Positions 7,207 through 17,626 of a DNA stretch of 32,000 bases are shown here, piece by piece. Origin of the DNA: Pseudodesulfovibrio mercurii. GTDB lineage: Bacteria; Desulfobacterota; Desulfovibrionia; Desulfovibrionales; Desulfovibrionaceae. Position 1 is the first letter of the stretch, and each line of letters starts with the position of its first letter. A program made the translations under genes and the position numbers. The notes beneath the pieces were generated by a model. The model saw only the letters and a list, made by a program, of their open reading frames with translations, did no database searches and had not been told where the DNA came from. The stretch spans positions 1,950,001 through 1,982,000 of the forward strand of contig NC_016803.1 in assembly GCF_000189295.2 (NCBI RefSeq), read 5' to 3'.

Positions 7207-9228
7207 CTAGTCGCGGAACTTGGAAACCAGTTCGGCCAGTTCCCCGGCCAGTTCCGAGACCTCCTGGATACCCCGGTTGGACTCGCGGATGCCGGACAGG
7301 ACCTCCTGGGAGAGGTGGTTGATCTGGGTCACGCGCGTGTTGATCTCGTCCGAGGTGGAGGACTGCTGTTCCGCCGCGGTGGCGATGCCGTTGACCATGT
7401 CGGCGATGGAGTTGGAGTGCCTGACGATCTCGTCGAGCACGCCGCCCGCCTCCTGGGCCATGCCCGAGGTGTTCAGGACCCGCTTCTTGGCGGTGTCCAT
7501 CTCCTTGACCACGTCCGTGGTGGACTGCTGGATGAGCGAGATGGCCCCCTCCACCTCCTTGGTGGCGTCCATGGTCTTCTCGGCCAGCTTGCGGACCTCG
7601 TCCGCGACCACGGCGAAGCCTCGGCCGGCCTCGCCCGCGCGGGCCGCCTCGATGGCCGCGTTGAGCGCCAGCAGGTTGGTCTGGTCCGCGATGTCGTTGA
7701 TCACGGCCATGACCTTGCCGATGTTCTCGGCCCGACTGGACAGGGAGGCCAGAGCCTCGGCCAGGTGTTCGGTGATGTCGGCCACGGAGTTGATCTCCTC
7801 CACGGTCTTGCCCACCACCACGCCGCCCGAGGCGGCCACCTTGTTGGCCTGGTCCGAGGCCTCGGCGGTCTCGGCGGCGTTCTTGGCCACCTCCAGCACC
7901 GTGGCGTTCATCTCCTCCATGGCCGTGGCCACCTGGCTGGTCTGGTCGGCGGTGGTGTCCACCCCGCTGGCCAGCTGGTCCATCCGGGTGGACAGCACGT
8001 TGGAGGCCTCGTTGAGCCTGTTGGCCACCTGGGTGACCTCGTTGGCCACTTCCAGGAGGCTCTGGCGCTGGAGTTCGATGCTCTTCTTGTCCTCCTCCTC
8101 GCGGGTCAGGTCGATGAGCACGCAGATGACGCCCACGGTCTCACCCTCGGCGTCCTTGAGCGGCGAGGCCTCGAACAGGAGCGGGAAGGTGGTGCCGTCC
8201 CGGCGGGTGAACAGGAAACGCCCGTTGAGGGGTTCGCCCAGGGCGATGACCTCGCCCGCGTTGCAGGCGGAACCGTCCTCGGACTCGCAGGCGAAAACCT
8301 CGGCCACGGCACGGCCCTTGAGCTCGTCCTCGGTCAGGTCCAGGATGGCCTGGAGGGGCGGGTTGACGAATTGCAGAGTCTGTTTGGCGTCGGTCACGAA
8401 CAGCGGGACCACGATGCCGCCGAGTACGCTCTGGTTGTATTCGAGCTGGTCCTTGATCTGGTTGACCATGGCCCCCAGGTAGCGGGACAGGGAGCCGAGC
8501 TCGTCGGACCCGGACACGGTGAACTGGGCGTCCAGGTTGCCGTGGGCCACGTCCTTGGCCGTGGTGGCGATGGAGGTGATGCGGTTGACGATGGCCTTGC
8601 GCATGAAGATGATCAGCGCGGCCAGCAGGGCCAGGACCCCGAGCAGGGAGATGCCCGCGGACTTGAACTGGTTGTCCTTGAGCGCGCCGTACTGCGGGCT
8701 GATGTCCACGGCCACGACCATGGCCCCGAGAATCTCCCGGCTGCGTCCATGGCAGTGGTAGCAGAACGGGTTGTTCCCGATGGACTTGACCTCCACGAAG
8801 TGGCGCTTGCCGCCGACCTCCTCCATCTTGCCCTCGGCCACCTTCTCCTCGAGCCCCCGGGCCACAAGGTCGGGCAGTCCGGCCTCGGGCATGACCTCGA
8901 AGATCTTCTTGCGCTCGGCCTCGGTCTCCGTGGAATAGGTGATCTCGCCCTTGTAGTCGGTCAGGTAGACCTGGATGTCCGGATAGCGCTCGGCCATCTG
9001 GAGGAACTTGATCTCCGTGCCCTCGTTGTCGCCCTTGGCCATGGGGTCCTCGATGGCGATGTAGAGCATGTCCGCCACCCGCTCCGCGGCCACGGCCACC
9101 TCATGCAGGGTGTGGTCCTTGGTCGTGATGGAGGTGTAGGCGAACAGCCCGGCAAAGGCCAGGATGGTCAGCAGGGACGAGAGCAGGATGAGTTTGACGC
9201 CCAGCGAGCGCGTGATGAAATTGTCCAT
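7207..9228 (-). CDS. dcrA: Methyl-accepting chemotaxis protein with periplasmic c-type haem motif, HAMP and cytoplasmic PAS domain (DcrA-like)
   Basis: Two TM segments flank a roughly 170-aa periplasmic domain carrying CYHCH (nt 8749-8763). After TM2 comes a HAMP-like segment, then a PAS-like segment. The C-terminal MCP signalling domain includes EQTNLLALNAAIEAARAGEAGRGFAVVADEVRKLAE. The size (673 aa) and haem motif resemble D. vulgaris DcrA. Confidence 0.85.
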   Translation of the reverse strand: MDNFITRSLGVKLILLSSLLTILAFAGLFAYTSITTKDHTLHEVAVAAERVADMLYIAIEDPMAKGDNEGTEIKFLQMAERYPDIQVYLTDYKGEITYSTETEAERKKIFEVMPEAGLPDLVARGLEEKVAEGKMEEVGGKRHFVEVKSIGNNPFCYHCHGRSREILGAMVVAVDISPQYGALKDNQFKSAGISLLGVLALLAALIIFMRKAIVNRITSIATTAKDVAHGNLDAQFTVSGSDELGSLSRYLGAMVNQIKDQLEYNQSVLGGIVVPLFVTDAKQTLQFVNPPLQAILDLTEDELKGRAVAEVFACESEDGSACNAGEVIALGEPLNGRFLFTRRDGTTFPLLFEASPLKDAEGETVGVICVLIDLTREEEDKKSIELQRQSLLEVANEVTQVANRLNEASNVLSTRMDQLASGVDTTADQTSQVATAMEEMNATVLEVAKNAAETAEASDQANKVAASGGVVVGKTVEEINSVADITEHLAEALASLSSRAENIGKVMAVINDIADQTNLLALNAAIEAARAGEAGRGFAVVADEVRKLAEKTMDATKEVEGAISLIQQSTTDVVKEMDTAKKRVLNTSGMAQEAGGVLDEIVRHSNSIADMVNGIATAAEQQSSTSDEINTRVTQINHLSQEVLSGIRESNRGIQEVSELAGELAELVSKFRD

Positions 9229-9237
9229 GCCGCCCTC

Positions 9238-9723
9238 CTAGTGCGCCCCGCCGTACAACAGCGGCTTGAAGTCAAAGGCCTCGACCCGTTCGGGATTGTG
9301 GCAGACCGTACAGTCGTCCAGGGTCAGGTTCCGCTTGATCAGGTCCGGGTCGCCCCCGGACTCCACGTGGTCGTAGCCCGGCCCGTGGCAGACCTCGCAC
9401 CCGGCCTGGGCCATGTTCGGTGTCTGCTCGAAGCTGACGAATCCTCCCGGCTTGCCGTACCCGGTCATGTGGCAGCCGTAACACTCGGCCAACTCCTCCT
9501 TGGTCAGGTCGCCCATCATGATCTTGACGGACTCTCCGGAGTGGGCCTTTTTCGCGAATTTCTTGTAATTGCCGTATTCCTTTTCGTGGCATTCGCTGCA
9601 CGATTCGGACCCGACGTAGCGGCCGGAATTTGCCCGACCGGACTCCGCCAGGACCGCGAAAACGACAAGGGCTGCCAGCGAAAGCGCACAGCAGCCCTTG
9701 ATCCACAACGATCTGTTGAACAT
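9238..9723 (-). CDS. Periplasmic tetrahaem c-type cytochrome (cytochrome c554-like family)
   Basis: Signal peptide plus four CXXCH motifs: CSECH, CYGCH, CEVCH and CTVCH. Its stop codon TAG is part of the MCP Shine-Dalgarno string (TAGGAGGG). Confidence 0.85.
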   Translation of the reverse strand: MFNRSLWIKGCCALSLAALVVFAVLAESGRANSGRYVGSESCSECHEKEYGNYKKFAKKAHSGESVKIMMGDLTKEELAECYGCHMTGYGKPGGFVSFEQTPNMAQAGCEVCHGPGYDHVESGGDPDLIKRNLTLDDCTVCHNPERVEAFDFKPLLYGGAH

Positions 9724-9866
9724 GAACCAACCCCCATAGCTATATAGCCCGGTGCCGCAACCGGCCGGGCACCCTTAACCCGGCCTGGTCAAATACGCCG
9801 TCACCATAGAGAAATATTCACTTTTGGTAAAGGGTTGGAGCTTGGGGGATCGACCTTCTCGATGTT

Positions 9867-12863
9867 TTACCAGGCCAAAGTCTCCTTGAAGGCGGCGGCC
9901 AGCCCGTCCACGGGCGCATCCAGCACCTTTTCGTCCGCCAGGGTGGCGATGAACGCGGGTTCCTCCGAGACGTCGCCGATCCAGGCGCAGGCCTGTCCGG
10001 CGAACAGGGCCTCGAACCGGTCGCGGTTCGACGGGGCCACGGTGACCAGCAGGCGGCTGGCCGATTCCGCGTAGAGCAGACCGGTCAGGTTGAGCTCGCC
10101 ACAGGCCGGGACCTGGTCCAGGTCCACCTCGGCGCCGAGCCGTCCGCCGATGCACATCTCGGCCAGGGCCACGCCCAGGCCGCCGTCCGAGCAGTCGTGG
10201 CAGGCGGTGATCAGCCCTTCCTGGGCGGCCGCGAACACGGTCTCGTAGCGCTTCTTCGCGGTCAGCAGGTCCACCTGCGGCACGCGGGCGTCGGAGAACT
10301 TGAGCTCGTCCGCGACCTCGCTGCCGCCCATCTCCGGCCGGGTCAGGCCGAGCAGGTAGATCAGGTCGCCGGGCTTCTTGAAGTCCGAGGTCAGGCACTT
10401 GTTCACGTCCGGGATGACGCCGATGATCGAGAAGAGCACGGTCGGGGGAATGGATATCTTGCGCCCGCCGCCCTTGTAGTCGTTCTTCATGGAGTCCTTG
10501 CCGGACACGCAGGGCACGCCGAAGCCGAGGCAGTAGTGGGCCAGGGCCTGGTTGGCCCGGACCAACTGGGCCAGCTTGTAGTGGCCGTCCGGGGTGGACT
10601 CGGACTGGACCGGGTCGCACCAGCAGAAGTTGTCCACGCCGGCCATGTAGGAGACGTCGCCGCCCACGGCCACGGCGTTGCGCACGGCCTCGTCGATGGC
10701 GTTGGCCATCATCCAGTAGGTGTCGTAGTCCGAGAACTGCGGGCAGATGCCGTGGGAGACCACCAGCCCCTTGTCCGAGCCGTACTCGGGCCGGATGACG
10801 CCCGCGTCGGACGGGCCGTCCGCCTTGACGCCGACCATGGGCTTGACCGCGGACTTGCCCTGGACCTCGTGGTCGTACTGCCGGACCACGTATTCCTTGG
10901 AGCAGATGTTCAGCCGGCCGAGCATGGCCTTGAGCAGTGCGTTCTGGTCGTCGGCAACGGGCACGGCGTCCTGGGCGATCTCGGGCCGTTTCCAGACGGC
11001 CTTGAGCTCCATCTGGGGCACGCCGTGGTGCAGGAAGTCCATGTCCAGGCAGGTGACCAGCTTGTCGCCGTAGCGCACCAGGTACTTGCCCGACTCGGTG
11101 AAGGTGCCGAGGGCGGTGGACTCCACGTCCATCTCCTCGGACAGGCGCATGAACTCGTCGAGCTTGTCCGGGGGCACGGCCATGGTCATGCGCTCCTGGG
11201 CCTCGGAGATGAGGACCTCCCAGGGACGCAGCCCGTCGTACTTGAGCGGGGCCTTTTTCAGGTCCATGTCGAAGCCGCCGGAGTCCTCGGCCATCTCGCC
11301 CACGGAGGAGGACAGGCCGCCCGCCCCGTTGTCGGTAATGGCGTGGTACAGCCCGAGGTCGCGGGCGCGCATGAGAAAGTCGTACATCTTGCGCTGGGTG
11401 ATGGGGTCGCCGATCTGGACCGCCGTGGCCGGGGAGCCCTCGTGCAGCTCCTCGGACGAGAAGGTCGCGCCGTGGATGCCGTCCGCGCCGATGCGGCCGC
11501 CGGACATGACGATGATGTCGCCGGGCAGGGCGCATTTCTCATAGGACGGATGGCCGGAGACCATGACCGGCATGGTCCCGATGGTCCCGCAGTAGACCAG
11601 GGGCTTGCCCAGGTAGCGCTCGTCGAAGACGATGGACCCGTTCACGGTCGGGATGCCGGACTTGTTGCCGCCGTGCTCCACGCCCTCGCGCACGCCCTCG
11701 AAGACGCGGCGCGGGTGCAGCAGCCTGGGCGGCAGCTCGCCCTCGTGGAACGGGGAGGCGAAGCAGAACACGTCGGTGTTGCACAAAAGGTTCGCGCCCA
11801 TGCCCGTGCCCATGGGGTCGCGGTTCACGCCGACGATGCCGGTCAGGGCCCCGCCGTAGGGGTCCAGGGCGGACGGCGAGTTGTGGGTCTCCATCTTGAC
11901 GCAGACGTTGATGGACTCGGAGAACTTGATCACGCCCGCGTTGTCCTTGAACACGGACAGGCAGTAGTCGCCGCCCTCGCGGGAGGCCGCGTTGCGCGCG
12001 CGGATCTGCTTGGTGGAGTTCTGGATGAAGGTCTTGTACAGGCTCGAATACTCGACGGTCTTGCCGGTCTCGGTGTTCTCGTATTCGATCTTGGCCGAGA
12101 AGATCTTGTGCTTGCAGTGCTCGGACCAGGTCTGGGCCAGGACCTCGATCTCGGCGTCCGTGGGATCGGCGGCGAGGCCCATGGTCTCGCGCTCCGCCCG
12201 GACCGCCGAGTCCGCGAAGTAGGCGCGGATGTCGTGCAGCTCCCTGAGGGACAGGGCCAGGGTGTTGGCACGGGAAAAGTCGGTCAGCTCGTCGTCGGTC
12301 ATGGTGGACAGGGGAATGATCCCGACCTCGTCCGAGGCCTGGCCCGTGACCCGTGCGGCCTTGGCCGCGAAGCCGGGGTCCTCGGCCCACTGGGCGGCGG
12401 ACTTGTACTCGAAGCGCTGGATCAGTTCGTTGGCCAGCAGGTCCTTGGCGATGCGGTGCGCGCCCGCCTCGTCCATGTCGGCCTGGATCAGGTACTGCCG
12501 CGAGGTGTAGACCTTGATCCCCTCGCGCTCGGCCCGGGTCAATCCCAGGACCACGCCCAGGGTCTCGCGGGCGGTCCGCCCCTCGTTGTCGGTCACGCCG
12601 GGCCGGAAGCCGACCTCGATGATCCAGTCGAAGTCGCGGGCCAGGGGCGCGAGCGACACCTCGTGCAGGACCGGGTCGTGCAGGGCGGCCCGCTCGATGG
12701 CCAGGTCCACCTGCTCCCCGGTCACGCCCTCCAGGGTGAAGACGTTGACGATGCGGACGTCGCGCACGTCCATGCCGAGTTCGCTCCTGATCTTGCGGGC
12801 GATCTTCTCGCCGAGCACGTCCCGGACGCCTTCCTTCAGTCCAACGATCACACGACAAAGCAT
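9867..12863 (-). CDS. purL: Phosphoribosylformylglycinamidine (FGAM) synthase, PurL synthetase with fused N-terminal PurS-like region and no glutaminase domain
   Basis: 998-aa ORF with PurL/AIR-synthase-related motifs: ETHNHPSA-like METHNSPSALDPYGGA, DNGAGGLSSSVGEMA, SGKDSM. GAGGAGAG lies upstream of the ATG. Confidence 0.9.
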   Translation of the reverse strand: MLCRVIVGLKEGVRDVLGEKIARKIRSELGMDVRDVRIVNVFTLEGVTGEQVDLAIERAALHDPVLHEVSLAPLARDFDWIIEVGFRPGVTDNEGRTARETLGVVLGLTRAEREGIKVYTSRQYLIQADMDEAGAHRIAKDLLANELIQRFEYKSAAQWAEDPGFAAKAARVTGQASDEVGIIPLSTMTDDELTDFSRANTLALSLRELHDIRAYFADSAVRAERETMGLAADPTDAEIEVLAQTWSEHCKHKIFSAKIEYENTETGKTVEYSSLYKTFIQNSTKQIRARNAASREGGDYCLSVFKDNAGVIKFSESINVCVKMETHNSPSALDPYGGALTGIVGVNRDPMGTGMGANLLCNTDVFCFASPFHEGELPPRLLHPRRVFEGVREGVEHGGNKSGIPTVNGSIVFDERYLGKPLVYCGTIGTMPVMVSGHPSYEKCALPGDIIVMSGGRIGADGIHGATFSSEELHEGSPATAVQIGDPITQRKMYDFLMRARDLGLYHAITDNGAGGLSSSVGEMAEDSGGFDMDLKKAPLKYDGLRPWEVLISEAQERMTMAVPPDKLDEFMRLSEEMDVESTALGTFTESGKYLVRYGDKLVTCLDMDFLHHGVPQMELKAVWKRPEIAQDAVPVADDQNALLKAMLGRLNICSKEYVVRQYDHEVQGKSAVKPMVGVKADGPSDAGVIRPEYGSDKGLVVSHGICPQFSDYDTYWMMANAIDEAVRNAVAVGGDVSYMAGVDNFCWCDPVQSESTPDGHYKLAQLVRANQALAHYCLGFGVPCVSGKDSMKNDYKGGGRKISIPPTVLFSIIGVIPDVNKCLTSDFKKPGDLIYLLGLTRPEMGGSEVADELKFSDARVPQVDLLTAKKRYETVFAAAQEGLITACHDCSDGGLGVALAEMCIGGRLGAEVDLDQVPACGELNLTGLLYAESASRLLVTVAPSNRDRFEALFAGQACAWIGDVSEEPAFIATLADEKVLDAPVDGLAAAFKETLAW

Positions 12864-12886
12864 ATCTGGTCTCTCCTCTCGATATG

Positions 12887-12928
12887 AAAAAGCGGAAAGG
12901 CCGGTCCCGCTTGGGGGCGACCGGCCTT
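12887..12928 (-). terminator. Possible terminator downstream of the polyprenyl synthase gene
   Basis: Minus strand reads AAGGCCGGTC-(12-nt loop)-GACCGGCCTT, then TCCGCTTTTT. The T tract is not flush with the stem. Confidence 0.45.
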
Positions 12929-12933
12929 GAAAA

Positions 12934-13902
12934 TCACTTGGTTCGGGTCAACACAAAATCCGCGGCCTGCTTGAGCACGGTCAGTTCCCCGCCGGGCTCG
13001 TAGCCGTCCAGGCACGCCTTGGCCTTTTCAATATACCGGGCGGCCTCCTCGCGGGTCTTCTCCGAATAGCCGCCCTCCCGGACCTGCTCCAGGACGTCGC
13101 GGCTCTGGGCCTCGCTCAGGGAGCCGTCCCGCAGGGCCTCCAGCAGGACCTCGGCCCCGGCCTCGTCGCCCTCCTCCATGAGCAGGATGAGCGGCAGGGT
13201 GACCTTGCCCTCCTTGAGATCGCCGCCCTCGGGCTTGCCCGTCTCGGACGTGGGCGAGGCATAGTCCAGGGCGTCGTCCACCAGCTGGAAGGCGATGCCC
13301 ACGTTCAGGCCGAACTCGCCCGCCGCGTCCTCCTGCTCCGGGGTGGCCCCGGCCAGGGCCGCGCCGCACCGGCAGGCGCACTCGATGAGCCGCGCGGTCT
13401 TGCCGACGATGATGCGCATGTAGGTCTCGCGGTTCAGCGACGGGGCGCGCGAAAATTCGATCTCCTCGATCTCGCCCGTGGCCGTCTCCATGATGCCCTT
13501 GGCCAGCAGCCAGGACAGCCGGGGATTGCCGTAGCGCGCGCCCATCTCGTTGGCCAGGGCGAGCAGGGCGTCGCCCGCCAGGATGGTCTCGGTCCGGCCG
13601 AAGACCAGATGGGACGCGGCCCTGCCGCGCCGAAGCTCGGCGTCGTCCAGGTAGTCGTCGTGCAGCAGGGTGGCGGAGTGGAGCAGCTCCAGGGCGCAGG
13701 CGATGGCCAGGTAGTCGTCCTTGGCATAGCCCAGCGCCCGGGCGAACAGGAGCGTGAACAGGGGCCGGATGCGCTTGCCGCCGGACCCGAGGATGTGCTT
13801 GGCGACGTCCCGGACCAGACCGTTCAGCTGATCGGCTTCACGGTCGAGAAAGTCATTGATTCCGGGAAGTTCCCGTTGAAAATAGCGCAGAAGTTCGTCC
13901 AT
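12934..13902 (-). CDS. Polyprenyl diphosphate synthase (trans-IPPS; menaquinone side-chain type)
   Basis: First and second aspartate-rich motifs are LLHDDYLDD and FQLVDDALD. GKRIRP lies near the N terminus. Confidence 0.88.
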   Translation of the reverse strand: MDELLRYFQRELPGINDFLDREADQLNGLVRDVAKHILGSGGKRIRPLFTLLFARALGYAKDDYLAIACALELLHSATLLHDDYLDDAELRRGRAASHLVFGRTETILAGDALLALANEMGARYGNPRLSWLLAKGIMETATGEIEEIEFSRAPSLNRETYMRIIVGKTARLIECACRCGAALAGATPEQEDAAGEFGLNVGIAFQLVDDALDYASPTSETGKPEGGDLKEGKVTLPLILLMEEGDEAGAEVLLEALRDGSLSEAQSRDVLEQVREGGYSEKTREEAARYIEKAKACLDGYEPGGELTVLKQAADFVLTRTK

Positions 13903-13911
13903 ATGTGCGTA

Positions 13912-14637
13912 CTATGTCAGGTTGCTGGTTGCGGGGCAAGCCCCGGATTGCGCGGCGAACAGGGTGGCCGTGGCCCCGGCCAGGGCGCGCAGCGCGCCTT
14001 TCAGGTCCCAGTCCCCGGCCCCCCGGGAACCCGCCAGGTTGGAGATGGTCCGCACCTCCAGGAAGGGCTTCCCGGCCAGGGCGGCCGCATAGGCCAGGCC
14101 GAATCCCTCCATGCTCTCCATGCCTCCGCCCCGGGCCTCGCGCAGCAGGGCCGCGCGCTCCGGGGTTCCGGACACGCCGGACACGGTCACGCCGGTCACG
14201 GGCGTCCAGTCCGCGCCGAGGCCGAGGTTCATGGCTTCGGCGTCCTCGCGCGGCGACAGCTCCAGGCGGTCCCAGACCTGCTCGCCCCGGACACGGCCCT
14301 GGGCGAACCCGATGCCTCGGGCGTCGGCCAGGCCGTCCGCGCCGAGCAGCCCGTACTCGGGCCAGACCTCACCCTCGGCGAAACAGGCGCGCAGCAGCGG
14401 CGTACGCTGCAGGTCATACCCTCCGGCGATGCCGAGGTTGACCGCCCCGGCCACGTCCGCCCGCCCGAGCAGCCATCCGGCCATGAGCGCGGTGTTGACC
14501 AGCCCCACCCCGGACACGGCCAGAAGCAGTGCATGGCCGCCCAATTCGTATGCGGCCGTCCCGCCCTGGGCCGGAACGGGCCCTCCGGGAAAGGCGGCCC
14601 GCATCTCGTTGGCTGTGGCGGTCATGACCAGGAGCAC
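13912..14637 (-). CDS. mqnB: PNP_UDP_1-family nucleosidase, probably futalosine hydrolase (MqnB)
   Basis: Phosphorylase-family motifs are SGVGLVNTA and ESMEGFGLAYAA. The N terminus MLLVMTAT (GTG at 14637) is typical of the family. The stop lies 9 nt from the polyprenyl synthase start. The MqnB assignment is contextual. Confidence 0.6.
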   Translation of the reverse strand: MLLVMTATANEMRAAFPGGPVPAQGGTAAYELGGHALLLAVSGVGLVNTALMAGWLLGRADVAGAVNLGIAGGYDLQRTPLLRACFAEGEVWPEYGLLGADGLADARGIGFAQGRVRGEQVWDRLELSPREDAEAMNLGLGADWTPVTGVTVSGVSGTPERAALLREARGGGMESMEGFGLAYAAALAGKPFLEVRTISNLAGSRGAGDWDLKGALRALAGATATLFAAQSGACPATSNLT

Positions 14638-14647
14638 GGAGCCGCCC

Positions 14648-15970
<1,323 letters not shown>

Positions 15971-16032
15971 ATATACTCCCTAACCATGGGTCCGGGTGGA
16001 CACCCATCGGGTTCTGTGGCTTACTGGGCGGC

Positions 16033-16239
16033 ATGAACATCGACTGGTCGCTTCTCATCGCCGCCGTGGGGTTGGCCCTGGTCTTCGAGGGCATCCCCTA
16101 TTTCCTGTTCGCCGAGCGCATGCCGGGCCTGCTGGCCCGGCTGGCGATCCAGCCGCCCAAATTCCTGCGCTTCGTCGGCCTGGTGGCCATCATCCTCGGC
16201 CTGCTGATCATCTCGTTCGGCCGCTCATTATCCCTTTAA
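16033..16239 (+). CDS. DUF2065 (YjeT-like) small membrane protein
   Basis: 68 aa with two TM segments. GLALVFEGIPYFLFAERM matches the DUF2065 pattern. Confidence 0.7.
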   Translation: MNIDWSLLIAAVGLALVFEGIPYFLFAERMPGLLARLAIQPPKFLRFVGLVAIILGLLIISFGRSLSL

Positions 16240-16285
16240 CGGCCGGGCGTCCAGAACGGGCGCGGCGCGCCGGCAAGGCCGGGCC

Positions 16286-17161
16286 CTAGCCCTTTTTCGC
16301 CTGCCCGGTCCCGGCGGCCTTCGAGGCGCCTTTCTTCGGGGACGCCCCTTGCGGGGCCTCCGGCGCGGCGGGTTCCGCTTCGGGGGCCGGTTCCGGCACG
16401 GACCCGGTCCGCTCGCCGCCCGGCTTCTCGGCCACGTGCAGGTAGACGATGCCGGACATCATGGGCACGTTGTAGACCCGCTCGAAGCCCGCTTCAAGCA
16501 GTTCCATGCCCAGGGCCCGTTCGTCGGGAAAACTCTTGATGGTCTCGGCCAGGTAGCGGTACGCGCCCGGATCGCCGGAGATGCGGTCCCCGAGGAACGG
16601 CAGGACCTTGTCCAGGTAGAAGTTGTACAGCCCCTTCCAGACCTTTTTCGAGCCGGTGCCGAACTCCAGGATGCACAGCCGCGCGCCGGGCTTGAGGACC
16701 CGCAGGAACTCGGCGTAGGCCTCCGCGCGGGGCAGGATGTTGCGGATGCCGAAGGCGATGGTGGCCGCGGCCATGCACTCGTCGGGCAGGGGCAGGTTGC
16801 GGCCGTCCGCCTGGACCGGGAAGATGCGCTCCTCGCGCCCGTTCTTCAGCTTCTTGGCCTTGCCGTTCTCGAGCATGGGCAGGGTGAAGTCCAGGGCCGC
16901 CACCTTGCAGTCCGGGTACTGCCGGAGCAGCTCCACGGACACGTCCATGGTCCCGGCGGCCAGGTCCAGGACCATGCCGCCCGGCTCGGGACGGGCCGCC
17001 CGGACCAGCCGGTAGCGCCAGTAGATGTCCTGGCCCCCGGACAGGGCGTGGTTGAGAAAGTCGTACCACCCGGCGATGCGGCCGAACATGTCCGCCACCC
17101 GCCTGCCGTGCTCGGCGGGGGTGGAGGCCCCGGTTTGGGACGCGCATTCGGGGCGGGCCAT
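16286..17161 (-). CDS. ubiE: Demethylmenaquinone/ubiquinone methyltransferase UbiE/MenG with Pro/Ala/Lys-rich C-terminal tail
   Basis: VADMFGRIAGWYDFLNHALSGGQDIYWR and the SAM motif VLDLAAGT are present, as is FGIRN. An extension of about 48 aa (PEPAPEAEPAAPEAP...KKG) follows the methyltransferase fold. Confidence 0.85.
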   Translation of the reverse strand: MARPECASQTGASTPAEHGRRVADMFGRIAGWYDFLNHALSGGQDIYWRYRLVRAARPEPGGMVLDLAAGTMDVSVELLRQYPDCKVAALDFTLPMLENGKAKKLKNGREERIFPVQADGRNLPLPDECMAAATIAFGIRNILPRAEAYAEFLRVLKPGARLCILEFGTGSKKVWKGLYNFYLDKVLPFLGDRISGDPGAYRYLAETIKSFPDERALGMELLEAGFERVYNVPMMSGIVYLHVAEKPGGERTGSVPEPAPEAEPAAPEAPQGASPKKGASKAAGTGQAKKG

Positions 17162-17355
17162 TATTCGGCCTCGTCCTCGATGATCACGTCGCGCGAGCCG
17201 TCCCCGGCGGTCACGCCGGTGATGGTGCGCATGATGTCCTTGTAGATGACGTCGAAATTCTGGCCGAAATTGGAGGGGGAGATGCGCCCCACCTCGATGA
17301 ACTTGATGACCACTTCCTTGGCCACCTGCAACGCCTGCTTGTCGTACTTGTCCAT
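17161..17355 (-). CDS. Hypothetical 64-aa protein, translationally coupled to ubiE (TAATG overlap)
   Basis: The ORF has coding-like composition. Its TAA stop shares one base with the ubiE ATG. I do not recognise the family. Confidence 0.55.
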   Translation of the reverse strand: MDKYDKQALQVAKEVVIKFIEVGRISPSNFGQNFDVIYKDIMRTITGVTAGDGSRDVIIEDEAE

Positions 17356-17626
17356 GGAAACACGCTCCCGGTCGTCAAAGGAAAAACCGCCCGGTGGGAA
17401 ATGGCCTTGACCAACACAGTCAGGGTATGCCGGGCGGGGAAAAGGGAGAAACCGGAAAGCCCCTCTCTTTTTTCGGGTTCCGTATCATGCGCCGGACCGT
17501 TCGTCGAGGCTTTTGGGTCCGGGAAAAATCGCCGCACCGCACGGATTTCGCTGGACCGGCGGGGGTGGTCCGCCCTATTTTCGGCCGGGCCCGGTCCGCC
17601 GGGCACCCTTCCTCTCCGAGGTACCC

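Noticed and set aside
7315-9747. 810-aa plus-strand ORF (and 420-aa ORF 7220..8482) opposite the MCP and cytochrome genes
   Set aside because: They are antisense shadows. The minus-strand products carry unambiguous MCP signalling and CXXCH motifs.
10197-12887. 896-aa plus-strand ORF and the 586/439-aa alternative minus-strand frames inside purL
   Set aside because: All are Arg/Gly/Pro/His-rich and have no motifs. The 998-aa frame carries the PurL motifs along its whole length.
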